Shown here piece after piece: positions 32,950 through 42,936 of a stretch of 57,088 bases of DNA. Position 1 is the stretch's first letter. The number at the start of each line of letters is the position of its first letter. Origin of the DNA: a virus (taxonomy: Duplodnaviria > Caudoviricetes); the IMG/VR virus record IMGVR_UViG_3300037261_000179, positions 1 through 57,088 of that record. One strand, 5' to 3'. The notes beneath the pieces were generated by a model. The model saw only the letters and a program-made list of their open reading frames with translations. It was not told where the DNA came from and ran no database searches. The position numbers and the translations under genes were made by a program.

Positions 32950-34497
32950 TTATAGATTGTTCCTGGGCATGCTGGAAACTCCGCCGCCTCCACCCCCGCC
33001 GGTATTTTGGTATGCACCTGCCCCGTAGGGAACCGTCCAAGTAGCATCGGCCAAATCTGTCGTGAAGTAGGCCGAATTATTCACACCAGCCGCAATAACT
33101 GGCGATCCGGAATTTGGTTGATACGTCCCGCTTAAGTTCGGATTACTGACATTGAAATTTGCATCAAAGGCCGCTCCAAGCGCCTGCCAGCCGGCAATGT
33201 TGTAGAACACGCCGGCGGAGGTCGAACTCCATGCAAATTGACTTCCACCGCTCAGCCCGTAGCCAAAATTATTCGTTCCGTTGTAGACGACGGACGCATT
33301 GTACTGAACGATAACTTGGGTCGTTAGCCCGCTTGAAACGTTGTTGTTGACGTAATAGGTGTCACCTCCGCTTATGTCGATCATCGCCCCCGAGCCAACG
33401 CCGACCGCCGTATTATTGTAGACGCGAAATACCCCACCAATCGACGGGTAAGAATTCAAATACATGCAGCCGTTATTCGGTGCACCGCTGGAATCGACCA
33501 AGAAAAGATTGTCGTAAATCAACGCATCCTTGACCTGATACTGGATGAAGAGGCCAGTCGTGGCGTTCGCTCCGAAGCCCGGACCAATGACGTTGTGATC
33601 GTAAGTCACATTCTGCGCGTAGCCGGTGGACGGCAAATAACAGAAGGTGAAAAAGCCATCATGGTGCGAGCTGTCAATCGAGTCGTCCCAATTTTTCCAA
33701 TCATGGAAATAGCAGTGGTGGACGTGCATCCCTGAGAGAGTGGACGTGTTGTAGTGATTCCCCGCCCATCCGCAAATGTTGGTATTGTACGCCGTGCAAT
33801 AACTGTACTCCAAGTTCGTCGTGGTATTGTAGTCGATGTCGAAGCCATTGCCGCAATCTGAGAAAACGCAGTTCGTCACCAGGTCATTCCCATAGGAAGA
33901 GAGACCGCCATAATAAAGCAGGTGCACCGCGCTCGCGAGCGTGATCCCCGCCGGCGGATCATTCTGCGCCCGGACGTAAAGGTTTTTAACCACTAGATTC
34001 TTGATTATGATGTTTGAGCTACCAGCCATCCATATTCCGACAGAGTCCGATTGATGGGCCAGGCCGGTCCCGTTGGCCGTGTTTTGAATGAACCCGTTTG
34101 ACGTACCTGTCGCGCCATACCCGCCGATCATTCCCGTCGCCCCGCCGTCGATGGTGATATAGGACAGGTCCGCAAAGCTGATTGCTCCATAAGGACTCGG
34201 CCAGAGCGGGCTAGTGAAATTCGCCCCGGAGTCAAAAAGGATCGTAACCGGATTGCCCGAAGTCCCGCCGGCTTGTGGGGAAAAATTTGATGTGATCGTC
34301 CCTACGACATGGATCGTGTCCCCAGGGCTAACTTTTCCAGCGCCCGCGCCCCAGTTCGATGGGTTGTTTGCTTCGGTGACGCTCCATGGATTCCCGATTG
34401 TGCCATTGTGCGAACCGCTGCCAGACTGGGTGAAGTACAGGTCTTCGGCTTGTAATGTAACAAGCAGCGCGAAAAAACTAATTAAATATCTCAGCAT
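32950..34497 (-). CDS. Parallel beta-helix (pectin lyase-like) protein with a Sec signal peptide
   Basis: MLRYLISFFALLVTLQA signal; PGDTI, beta-helix Asn ladders, HHDG, C-terminal SPVIAAG...GAYQ. Confidence 0.85.
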   Translation of the reverse strand: MLRYLISFFALLVTLQAEDLYFTQSGSGSHNGTIGNPWSVTEANNPSNWGAGAGKVSPGDTIHVVGTITSNFSPQAGGTSGNPVTILFDSGANFTSPLWPSPYGAISFADLSYITIDGGATGMIGGYGATGTSNGFIQNTANGTGLAHQSDSVGIWMAGSSNIIIKNLVVKNLYVRAQNDPPAGITLASAVHLLYYGGLSSYGNDLVTNCVFSDCGNGFDIDYNTTTNLEYSYCTAYNTNICGWAGNHYNTSTLSGMHVHHCYFHDWKNWDDSIDSSHHDGFFTFCYLPSTGYAQNVTYDHNVIGPGFGANATTGLFIQYQVKDALIYDNLFLVDSSGAPNNGCMYLNSYPSIGGVFRVYNNTAVGVGSGAMIDISGGDTYYVNNNVSSGLTTQVIVQYNASVVYNGTNNFGYGLSGGSQFAWSSTSAGVFYNIAGWQALGAAFDANFNVSNPNLSGTYQPNSGSPVIAAGVNNSAYFTTDLADATWTVPYGAGAYQNTGGGGGGGVSSMPRNNL

Positions 34498-34498
34498 T

Positions 34499-35089
34499 TT
34501 AGTGAAATTTGAAGTTTACAGGACCGTAAGCGTGGTTGGCCCCACCCGTAGTGCCGGTGCTGCCACCGCCGGCGGCCCCGCCTGAATCGTAGCAGCCGTT
34601 ATCTACTGAGATAACTGCATTGGCCGTGACGCTCGTATCAGAATCGTAGAAGTGATCCACCCCCGTTGCCTCTACCGACATACAGCGATAGATCGTTGAG
34701 GCACTAACTGTGATTGGAGTGGCCAGAGTAACATAAACATAACCATCGGCATCCGCTGCATTACTCATGTTAATCGTGGCCGATCCATTCGTCACCGGCG
34801 CTCCAGCAGAGCCCGTATAAATTGCAACAAAATGCGAAGCTGAATCACCTGCTGCCTTATATCTGCCAACGGCTGTAATTACCTTGGACGCTCCTCCAAC
34901 CGTGAATTGAAATCCTGTGGCGAAGCCGCCGCCATCAGCCCTAAGTGTGCCGGGCGTCTGTCCGGTAATAACATGGGGATCGCCCCCACTGCCCGCCAAC
35001 ACCGTCTTGGAAGGGAAGCGCGCCGACTTGTAGGGCACCTGAGCGAAGATGCCGGTACAGAGGAAAATAAAAATGATTAGATTTTTCAT
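34499..35089 (-). CDS. DUF4082-like beta-sandwich protein with a Sec signal peptide
   Basis: MKNLIIFIFLCTGIFA signal; GFQFTV...ITAVGRY...YVTLATPITV...Y pattern. Confidence 0.7.
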   Translation of the reverse strand: MKNLIIFIFLCTGIFAQVPYKSARFPSKTVLAGSGGDPHVITGQTPGTLRADGGGFATGFQFTVGGASKVITAVGRYKAAGDSASHFVAIYTGSAGAPVTNGSATINMSNAADADGYVYVTLATPITVSASTIYRCMSVEATGVDHFYDSDTSVTANAVISVDNGCYDSGGAAGGGSTGTTGGANHAYGPVNFKFH

Positions 35090-35090
35090 T

Positions 35091-35330
35091 TTATGCTCCC
35101 GCAGAATCCGCCCATGTACCAGAATACCCCGTACCCATCTTAGCGATCCAATGGGCACCATCGCTCTCCATCGTTAGGTAATCACCAACTGCGCTTGTTG
35201 TATCTTGCAGGTAGTGATTGGCAGTCAGAGCGGTTGCGCCGTTGTAGGGCAGTTCAGCGTAGCCGGGGACTAGGTTGCCAGTAATCATTTTAAAGAGTGC
35301 GTCGGCGAGTGCTTGTTGGCCGGGGGTCAT
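35091..35330 (-). pseudogene. Probable C-terminal fragment of a fibre-like gene
   Basis: 79 aa ending in a fibre-like LTMESDGAHWI strand; no signal peptide; preceded by two aborted starts. Confidence 0.4.
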
Positions 35331-35400
35331 GGGAGCGCGGCGGCGAAGATAGGGGCAAGGAATGTTTCATGAGCTGGAGAGGAATAGGAGCGGGCGCATG

Positions 35401-37260
35401 TCAGTTAATCTTGATTGCTGAAATGCTCGCCGCTGAAACCGTTACTGATCCGGCGGAAGGAGTCGCAGTGACGGTGCCTTGTATACCAATAGTATCAGTT
35501 GTCTTGAGGGTATTGTATAAAGCTGTGAGTGTGACCGTCGGCCCGTTTGTCGCCAGAGTGGTCATTACCGGAATCTGGTCGCCGAAAATACTGCCGGACA
35601 AGTCGGCAGCCGTGTTATTCGTTCGGCGCAGTTTGTAATTCACGGAGGATGCCGTGGCATAGGTTGCGCCCACATAGCTCGTCTGAAGTGTGGCGGTGAT
35701 CAAGTATGTGCCAACTTCAGTCAGTGTTACGCTTGGACTGGTAGTGCCAAAAGTGACCGTGCCATAAGACCCCGTCAGGGTGTATGCCGTGCCCCCGGCA
35801 ACTTTGGTGTATGACGTTCCCGTTGCTATAGTTGATCCTGCCGCCATTGGTCCGGCCAGCAGCAAATTGGGACAACCTTTAAGACTGTAGATATTATTCC
35901 CCCCTGATGCCGAATCGTCAAACGCCGTATTGACGCAGTTTAAGAAAAACACCCCATTGCCGTTGCCGTATATTAGCGGGTACCAACCATTCTGTCCGGT
36001 ATTTGGATCGCTAAAATTGCAATTAAGAAAATAGAAATACTGGACGTTGGTATTAGTGAGGTCGCCAAAAGATATGGCGCCGGTAGCGGTCTTTACCGCC
36101 CAACAATTATTCAATACCACAACACCGCCGTTTGTTTTGGAGCTCAGGTCGCCAGCTGCACCAATTCCACAATTATTAATGGCAATAAAGTTTCCCACAT
36201 TGGAGGAACCACAGCTTAATTGACCAATGTTATTAATATCCTGCAATAAAATCGTCGGCATTTTGCCGGAGGACGTTGTCCCGATTTGTACGGCGGCATA
36301 GGCAAAGTTTATCAGGGATATGGCGTTGGCCGAAGCATCGACTGATTTAAAATCAGTCTGAAAATCTAATGCGGAGTTGGCATCACCAATCACTGTGATA
36401 GAAACCGGTCCGGTCATTCCAGTACCGACGGTCTTTTCAACGAACCAAACCGCCGCACCGCGAATATTAATAACGTGCGTGGTAGTTGAAGTGTTAGCAA
36501 AATTGAGCCTAAGCTGATACTGATTTCCAAGGGTAGTAGGTCCATCGTTAGCACTACCGTAGGCTCCCGATCCCCAGCCACAGATATAGATAAATTCATT
36601 CCAGCCCGTATTGGGCAAATCCATTTGGAAATAGCTGCCTTCGTTTGTGCCCGGTGTATCCAGAATAAAAATTGATCCAGCCGCGATGGATGAGGCATTG
36701 ACCGCATTGTAAGCAGCCAGCGGTGTTTTGAAGGATAAAAACGGGTTGCCAAGCACGGCAGTAGAGTCGTTGCCGTATTGATTGGAAAGATAGGCCACTA
36801 TTGCATTGTTTGTGATCGGAAGTGCTGCCCCCTGCTGCACGCCGACGACGGTGTAGGGGACGCCGGTGCCGGTGGGGGTGGGAGTAAAGGCCGCAGTACC
36901 CAACGTTCCTCCCGCTCCTATGTTAAGCGTACTCGCGTCCGTACCAGCAAGGGTCAGCGTATTTGAAAATGTCAGCGTCTTCGCGGCTGCTCCTGTCAAA
37001 GTAAAGCTACCGGCCGTAAAGGTGTTTCCATTGTATGTCGTGCTTGCCAGATTTTTGGTTGTCTTGTTGAAAGTAAACGTGGAATCTGCGGCGAAAGCCC
37101 CGGTATCGTTGAACTGAACCTGCGTACTGGACCCGCCGGGCGTACCACTACCCCCGCCCCCTGCCGACACAGATCCGATCGAAGCTGCGCCACCAGGATT
37201 TGACACACCGTCTCCAAACGCCAGCAACGGCAGAAATAAAAGTAAGAATAGCTTTTTCAT
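35401..37260 (-). CDS. Tail fibre-like protein with a Sec signal peptide
   Basis: MKKLFLLLFLPLLAFG signal; PGGSSTQVQFND.GAF fibre motif; AT-rich beta-helix-like middle. Confidence 0.8.
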   Translation of the reverse strand: MKKLFLLLFLPLLAFGDGVSNPGGAASIGSVSAGGGGSGTPGGSSTQVQFNDTGAFAADSTFTFNKTTKNLASTTYNGNTFTAGSFTLTGAAAKTLTFSNTLTLAGTDASTLNIGAGGTLGTAAFTPTPTGTGVPYTVVGVQQGAALPITNNAIVAYLSNQYGNDSTAVLGNPFLSFKTPLAAYNAVNASSIAAGSIFILDTPGTNEGSYFQMDLPNTGWNEFIYICGWGSGAYGSANDGPTTLGNQYQLRLNFANTSTTTHVINIRGAAVWFVEKTVGTGMTGPVSITVIGDANSALDFQTDFKSVDASANAISLINFAYAAVQIGTTSSGKMPTILLQDINNIGQLSCGSSNVGNFIAINNCGIGAAGDLSSKTNGGVVVLNNCWAVKTATGAISFGDLTNTNVQYFYFLNCNFSDPNTGQNGWYPLIYGNGNGVFFLNCVNTAFDDSASGGNNIYSLKGCPNLLLAGPMAAGSTIATGTSYTKVAGGTAYTLTGSYGTVTFGTTSPSVTLTEVGTYLITATLQTSYVGATYATASSVNYKLRRTNNTAADLSGSIFGDQIPVMTTLATNGPTVTLTALYNTLKTTDTIGIQGTVTATPSAGSVTVSAASISAIKIN

Positions 37261-37646
37261 TTGGAAACGGAGTCGTCGGTCGTGATGTCGAGAGTGACGG
37301 AGCCCCCGGCGGAGATGGCCACGTATGGTTTGGAACTCGCCCCCACGCCGTTAGGGAAAGTTTTAACCCATGCCGTACCCGCTTTTAGCAGGTAGCCTGT
37401 CGTTGTGGTCGGATCGGTGCCGGTCGGAGTTGTGGAATTTGGAAAGGTACTCCCCCCGTCAAACGAAAGCCTCACATCCACCGAGCCCGTGTTCTGGACA
37501 GTCACCTGACGGCAATCCGGGCCAAAGGTGATAATAGGCGTCGCCGTTGAGAGCGTACCCGTCACCTGCTTGATGGTGGCGCTCGCGGAGAGCGTGAAGG
37601 CAAGGCACAAGGCCGCCGCAAGAAAGAATCGTAGTGTGTTTTTCAT
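37257..37646 (-). CDS. Small beta protein with a Sec signal peptide
   Basis: MKNTLRFFLAAALCLAFTLSASA signal; VTVQNTG...V...F.G......GYLLKAG pattern. Confidence 0.8.
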   Translation of the reverse strand: MKNTLRFFLAAALCLAFTLSASATIKQVTGTLSTATPIITFGPDCRQVTVQNTGSVDVRLSFDGGSTFPNSTTPTGTDPTTTTGYLLKAGTAWVKTFPNGVGASSKPYVAISAGGSVTLDITTDDSVSK

Positions 37647-37653
37647 GGTAAAA

Positions 37654-40600
37654 TTAGTTGTTGTTGAGCTTGATTGATGGCGTACCGTGGCCGCCATCCG
37701 CAATTGAAAGCCCGTCCATCGAAACGTTGTTAGTAACCTTGGTCGGAGCTGCAGTGTAATCCGTTATGATGTAATTGCCTCCGCTCGCTTGGCTGCTCAC
37801 CGTCCCAACAATCGCCGTGTTGGTCAGAGTCACCGCCGAATTGGGCACGAGCCGAACACTTTCGTTGTTCGATGCGGAAAGCAGGTTGATGCTGTTACCG
37901 ATCAGCTTAAGCCCATTCCATGCGGTAGGACTTGAAATGTCGGTTCCGGTGTCGATGCCGCGGCAGAACTGCGCCCGGCCCTGGCTGAGATGGCAGCCCT
38001 CAACTGTAAGGTTTTGCCAGTCGGCAATGACGAGGCAGGAACCGGACGCGATGTCGTCCACATCGGCCTTGATCGTGCAATCAGTTGAGTTCACGAACCA
38101 GATCCCGTGACCGCCGCCGACCGTGCTGGAATTGCGCACCTTGACGTTCAGCAATTTCACCCGCGTATTGCGCGTGCTGGAGTTTATCTCCCCACGGACA
38201 CCGGACTGTTTCACGGTGTCAATGTTCACGCCGTTGACGAGAACGTCAGTATCGCCCGCCAGCCAGATGCCTCGTCCCCAAGTAGAAGCTGGAGCGATAT
38301 TGCAGGCCGTGGTGTTAGCGATGCCGCTTGTCCCGGTGCCACCGCTGCCAAGATAGGTCACCGGTAGGGTCGTCACACTGCCCGAATGCGTCGCGCTCCC
38401 GCTCATGGTGAAGGTCTGATAGTTGGTCAGGCGCGTTGCAGACACGTTCACCACGACGATATTGCCCGAGACGAGACCGGAATAAACCGATGCCAGAGAA
38501 AAGCTGTTTGAATCAGTATCGTTTATATAAATGTTTGTGGCACTTGAGGGCGTAGCGTTGTTCAGGCGAAATGTTCCACTGGCCGGGCTGCTGGTCGTAG
38601 TCGTGCTGAAGGCGTAGGAAGGCAGATAATCGTTTGGGGAGCCACCCGCGCCGTTGGCCGTCGTCAGGCACTGCCCGTAATCCCGTGAACGGACAAGTCC
38701 GCCCTCCACGGTGATGTCAGTCGAAGTGTCGATCCCGTAACCGTCATCGTCCTGCCCCACCAGATGGCAGTTATAGACGGTGCCTCGAGTGCAACCGCTC
38801 AGGTGAATTCCATCGGCGTAACAAACGGAAGTACTGATATTGTTCAGACGCACATCAGTCGCATTGACTGCGAAAATGGCGAATTCCCCCGAATGTTTTA
38901 TTTCGACATCGTGCACGTAAGGAAAGGAGCCCTGTAACTGCAAGGCATGAGCTCCGGTCGTCCGCGCCGTGCATCCGCCATCGACCGTCAGATTGCAGAT
39001 TGTGATATGGTCGGTGGTCGTATCGGTCTTGATGGTCTGGCCTGGCGAGATGCCTTGCAAAATAGTTACACCAACTCCATCACCGCAGATCGTGGTATTA
39101 CTGTGCCCGGTGAACGTGACGAGGCCGGCGGTAGCTGTGTTGAACACATAGTTGCCGGCCGGGAAATAGAGAATTCCGTAGTTGGCAGGCAGCGCAGAAA
39201 CGGCAGCTTGGATCGCTGTGGTATCGTCTGAACCGTTGCCCAGCGCCCCATAGTCCTTCACGTTGATCGTCAGATTCAGATTTGCTTTCCCCGTGCGCTG
39301 ATGCGCGAGTGTGTCAAAGGCAAGAGTATCGAGGAATTTGACAGAGAAAATTGGATTCCCAGAACTCGAGGTAAGCGAGATTGTTTCCGTGGTCCCGCCA
39401 ATTCCAAAGATCATATTTGGAGCAGCGCCGAAAGCACGGAGCGAAAACGAGCTTTTAGCATAGCTTCCACTTGCCCCGGAAGCATCCGTAAAAGAAAGTG
39501 TCCCCGTGTCCAGCTGGCTGGAGGTAGAAGTCACACCGATATGAATAGCCCCATTGATTGTCTCAGTACCGATAAACGTTTGGGAAGCATCCGTCCGCGC
39601 AATTGTCGCCGCCGCATCTGGGAAGGTGAAAGCTCGCACCGCCGTCAAGCCCGTCGCGGAAAAGAAAGCCGAGTTTGTCCCTCCATTCGCTGGGGGCAGC
39701 ACCCCTCCAACGTCAGTCGTCAGATTAATCTTAGCCAAGGAAGCCGGAGACGAAATCGCAATAGTCCCGTCTGCCGCCGCCCCTGTGTGCAAAACCTGCA
39801 CGAGAAAAGAAGTAGTCGTAACCGGGGCTGTTGAAGTGAGCGCCCCCGACGTGCCTAGGTAGTACTGTGTGTTTGCCGCCAAACTCGAAATTACATTCTC
39901 AAACCCACTCATGGTCACCGTGAACGGGTTTCCTGTCCCCGTTACCACGCCGTCAACAACCGCCGTGCCAGACGCAGCATTGTCTGATAAAACCCAAGCC
40001 GACCCATTGTTGAACACGCACTGGCCAACGGTGAAACTGTTGGCCTGCGACACGGCGCGGGTTACCGACGTGCCCGTACCACCCCCGCCACCGTTCCCAA
40101 GAGCGCTCACCACCTGAAAGTTGGTTCCATCATAAGCGACGACCACAACTTGCCCTGCACGAATATCATTCGCCGCCAAATCCGTATTTACCCCACCGAC
40201 CGCCTTTTTGAGAGTCTTGGCCCCGAGAGCATTGATATTCAAAGTCGAAGCCGACGTGTTGGCGTTGGCCGCCACAAAAGTATAGAGAGGCGTGCCCGTG
40301 GTATAAGTGGTGATCGCAGGAGCCAGCGTCATCACGTAGGTATTCGTGGAGCCTGAATCCGCCACGTACGTTGCTTGGTAGGAATCATCCGAAAGCATCC
40401 AACGGCTGTTCACCAGCTTCAATCTCGCGCTGTGGTTTCCTGCAGGCCCTGGCGTGTAAACTCCGCCCGCAATTGCCACATCCGGGTCCCCCTCTCGAAA
40501 GACACTCGCCCCTGAAAATGTCACCGTGGACGTTGCGTTGCACCCTTGGAAATAAAGCATAAAACTATCGCCATTCACCGCAGACGGAAGGGAAACACCT

Positions 40601-42354
40601 GTCGTTGTCCCGTTCACGAACGTCAGGAAAGAAATTTCCTGCCCGACGGAAGCGGAATTTCCCACCCCCGTTGTCCCGGTAATCTGCGGAATCGTGAAGC
40701 CGTTGCTGAAAGTCTGATGCCCTGTGAAAGTCTGAGCGGCGTCCGTGCGTGCGAGAACTGAATTTGTCGTGGGAAAAGTATGACTCGTCCCATCCGTACC
40801 GCTCAACGTCAGAGAATTGGTAAAGTTCAGTGTCTTGGCCGCCGTACCTGTCAGCGTGTACGACCCGGCGGTAAAGGTATTTCCGTTGAGCGTCGGCACT
40901 GCCACCGCTCCGGCAAACGTGACCGCTTTGGTCGATCCCACCATATTGACCACGGCATTGTTTTTTCCGTCGTAAACGTTGAAGTCCCGGAACTGGGTCG
41001 TACCTCCGTTGTACCCGTCGAAATTGACGTTCACCGACCCGTTGGCGTTGGTGGTCGTCTCTGCGATCTGGTTGGTCTTCAGAACCAGATTGGCGGCAAA
41101 AGTATTCCCCGTGTTTGTCAGCTGTGTGACACTCGCCACTGCCGGGGTCGTCTGCCCCAAGGTTCCGTTGAAAACTCCGCTGTTGATTGTCTGCGAAGTG
41201 ATCGTAGCCGGAATGGAAAAAACATTTCCTATGAGCGCCAGATTTGTTCCCGCCGTATAGCTGGAAGCGGCGCCGAATTGCGCAAAGATAACCGGATCTG
41301 TCCCGAGAACCGTAGGCGCAGTCTGGATCGCCCAACTGGTGTTCTTGTTGACCGATCCCCCGCTCACGAAATACAAGTATCCCACCTTAAGTTGAGCCGC
41401 AGTGTTCGAATCCGAAGCCCTGGACCACGCGCCGGCAGCACTCACGTAGATACCGTTCTGAGAAGTAGTCGATTGGTTTATCACCGCCACGCGCGAAGCA
41501 CTGGTCGTGAAAGTGTCAATCGTCTGCTCCCCGGACAGCGTAATGTTCGCTGTCGTAGCCACGGCAACACCTGTGCGCTGTGTGATACCGGCAGAGACGG
41601 AAGAAAGGTCTGTAAGCCGCGCTGCATCGTATGGGTTCACCGGAGCCGGAAGTCCCGTGATTGTCACCGCATTCATGGTCCCGCCGGTCACTGCGATCGC
41701 TGACGAGCTTTGCGTGGCGAGGCTGTTGAATGTCCCCACTGCCGCACTGGTGAGCCCCGGCGCAGAAGTGACACCCGCGTTTAGAGCTGACCCTGAAAGA
41801 GTCCCGGCCGCCGCCGTCACTGTGATATTGGAAGTGCCGTCGAACGTCACACCGTTTATCGTCCGGCCGGTCTGCAGCGCCGTAGCGGTACTCGCATTCC
41901 CCGTAAGACTGCCGGTAACAATTCCAGTCATATTGCCAGTAAGGTTGCCCGTTACATTACCGGTCAACGGCCCAAAGAAAACACCCGTAAAATTGCCCGC
42001 CGTGTACGTCCCGTTGGCAATCCCAATCCCCGACATGTCCATAGATGCCGGAAACGACAAAGTTACGTTACCACCAACAGTCAAAGAATTTATCTGGTTG
42101 GGAGTACCGGAAACAGAAAAACCAGAATTGGAACTCAAGGGTACCCATTGTCCGTCCCCGCGGAGAAAAGTGAGCGACGACGGGCTGCCTCTTCCCAACA
42201 TTGCTCCCGGGAAAATGGCCGACCCTCTTACGACTGAAGCGTTCACCGTCATGGTCCCATCAATCGTGGGGTTGTGGATCTGAGCCCTCACTTTTCCAGG
42301 AGCCCCGCTAACCAAAACCAAAAATGCGAAAAGTAGTCGAAAAAATGATTTCAT
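37654..42354 (-). CDS. Long tail fibre/tailspike with a C-terminal pectate-lyase-3-type beta-helix and a Sec signal peptide
   Basis: MKSFFRLLFAFLVLVSGAPGKVRA signal; TFLRGDGQW, GNASTATALQTGRTINGVTFDGTSNI, ATTANITLSGEQTID...NGIY fibre modules; NVKDYGALGNGSDDTTAIQAA...YFPAGNY. Confidence 0.88.
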   Translation of the reverse strand: MKSFFRLLFAFLVLVSGAPGKVRAQIHNPTIDGTMTVNASVVRGSAIFPGAMLGRGSPSSLTFLRGDGQWVPLSSNSGFSVSGTPNQINSLTVGGNVTLSFPASMDMSGIGIANGTYTAGNFTGVFFGPLTGNVTGNLTGNMTGIVTGSLTGNASTATALQTGRTINGVTFDGTSNITVTAAAGTLSGSALNAGVTSAPGLTSAAVGTFNSLATQSSSAIAVTGGTMNAVTITGLPAPVNPYDAARLTDLSSVSAGITQRTGVAVATTANITLSGEQTIDTFTTSASRVAVINQSTTSQNGIYVSAAGAWSRASDSNTAAQLKVGYLYFVSGGSVNKNTSWAIQTAPTVLGTDPVIFAQFGAASSYTAGTNLALIGNVFSIPATITSQTINSGVFNGTLGQTTPAVASVTQLTNTGNTFAANLVLKTNQIAETTTNANGSVNVNFDGYNGGTTQFRDFNVYDGKNNAVVNMVGSTKAVTFAGAVAVPTLNGNTFTAGSYTLTGTAAKTLNFTNSLTLSGTDGTSHTFPTTNSVLARTDAAQTFTGHQTFSNGFTIPQITGTTGVGNSASVGQEISFLTFVNGTTTGVSLPSAVNGDSFMLYFQGCNATSTVTFSGASVFREGDPDVAIAGGVYTPGPAGNHSARLKLVNSRWMLSDDSYQATYVADSGSTNTYVMTLAPAITTYTTGTPLYTFVAANANTSASTLNINALGAKTLKKAVGGVNTDLAANDIRAGQVVVVAYDGTNFQVVSALGNGGGGGTGTSVTRAVSQANSFTVGQCVFNNGSAWVLSDNAASGTAVVDGVVTGTGNPFTVTMSGFENVISSLAANTQYYLGTSGALTSTAPVTTTSFLVQVLHTGAAADGTIAISSPASLAKINLTTDVGGVLPPANGGTNSAFFSATGLTAVRAFTFPDAAATIARTDASQTFIGTETINGAIHIGVTSTSSQLDTGTLSFTDASGASGSYAKSSFSLRAFGAAPNMIFGIGGTTETISLTSSSGNPIFSVKFLDTLAFDTLAHQRTGKANLNLTINVKDYGALGNGSDDTTAIQAAVSALPANYGILYFPAGNYVFNTATAGLVTFTGHSNTTICGDGVGVTILQGISPGQTIKTDTTTDHITICNLTVDGGCTARTTGAHALQLQGSFPYVHDVEIKHSGEFAIFAVNATDVRLNNISTSVCYADGIHLSGCTRGTVYNCHLVGQDDDGYGIDTSTDITVEGGLVRSRDYGQCLTTANGAGGSPNDYLPSYAFSTTTTSSPASGTFRLNNATPSSATNIYINDTDSNSFSLASVYSGLVSGNIVVVNVSATRLTNYQTFTMSGSATHSGSVTTLPVTYLGSGGTGTSGIANTTACNIAPASTWGRGIWLAGDTDVLVNGVNIDTVKQSGVRGEINSSTRNTRVKLLNVKVRNSSTVGGGHGIWFVNSTDCTIKADVDDIASGSCLVIADWQNLTVEGCHLSQGRAQFCRGIDTGTDISSPTAWNGLKLIGNSINLLSASNNESVRLVPNSAVTLTNTAIVGTVSSQASGGNYIITDYTAAPTKVTNNVSMDGLSIADGGHGTPSIKLNNN

Positions 42355-42374
42355 GCTACCCGGACACTACGCAC

Positions 42375-42420
42375 AATACTTTCCTTTGCTCAAGTATTTT
42401 CCAAACGTCAAATACTTACC
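42375..42420 (-). promoter_or_regulatory. 18-bp-period motif upstream of the fibre operon
   Basis: GGTAAGTATTTGACGTTT-GGAAAATACTTGAGCAAA-GGAAAGTATT on the - strand. Confidence 0.7.
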
Positions 42421-42936
42421 TCATGGGAAAATTATGAACCCGACTTGTCGCGTTCCGGCAGAGGGCAACGCACTCCCATCCACGTTGTATATCATAAATT
42501 GTGCCACCGTTTTAAGGGTCAGAGGGTTCGCCCAGTCGTACGCTGCCACCATGATGCTTGGCAGGCTATCTTGCGGCACACCAAGAGCGGCGGAAGGTTT
42601 AGACCCGAGCTTCATTCCTGAAATGTCCACTCCATAAAGGAAGGATGTGAGCCCGCTGGAGTTGAGGACTGCCATGTCCAATAGCAAAGAGTAGGCTTTT
42701 GGGGGAGGAGTGACAAAATTCGGAAACTGTACCACAGGGGTATTAGTCGCCCTGCCCCCACGCGTCACTGCCGCGGCCGGTGCTGCAGCTTGTGCTGTGC
42801 TGTAGACAGACCGAAGCGCCTGGGCCACTTCCCTGGACCACTTCTTTACAACACTCTCCACCTTGGCCGCGTCAGAACCTATTGGTACGCCCGCCGGGTC
42901 TGGATAATCATTCACCACCAATGGATTCAAGGACAT
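42421..42936 (-). CDS. Putative tail accessory protein
   Basis: Coupled to the nozzle gene; synteny only. Confidence 0.6.
   Translation of the reverse strand: MSLNPLVVNDYPDPAGVPIGSDAAKVESVVKKWSREVAQALRSVYSTAQAAAPAAAVTRGGRATNTPVVQFPNFVTPPPKAYSLLLDMAVLNSSGLTSFLYGVDISGMKLGSKPSAALGVPQDSLPSIMVAAYDWANPLTLKTVAQFMIYNVDGSALPSAGTRQVGFIIFP

Noticed and set aside
32950-42354. Diversity-generating retroelement or invertase-shuffled fibre locus
   Set aside because: No reverse transcriptase or recombinase, and no near-identical template/variable repeat pair seen
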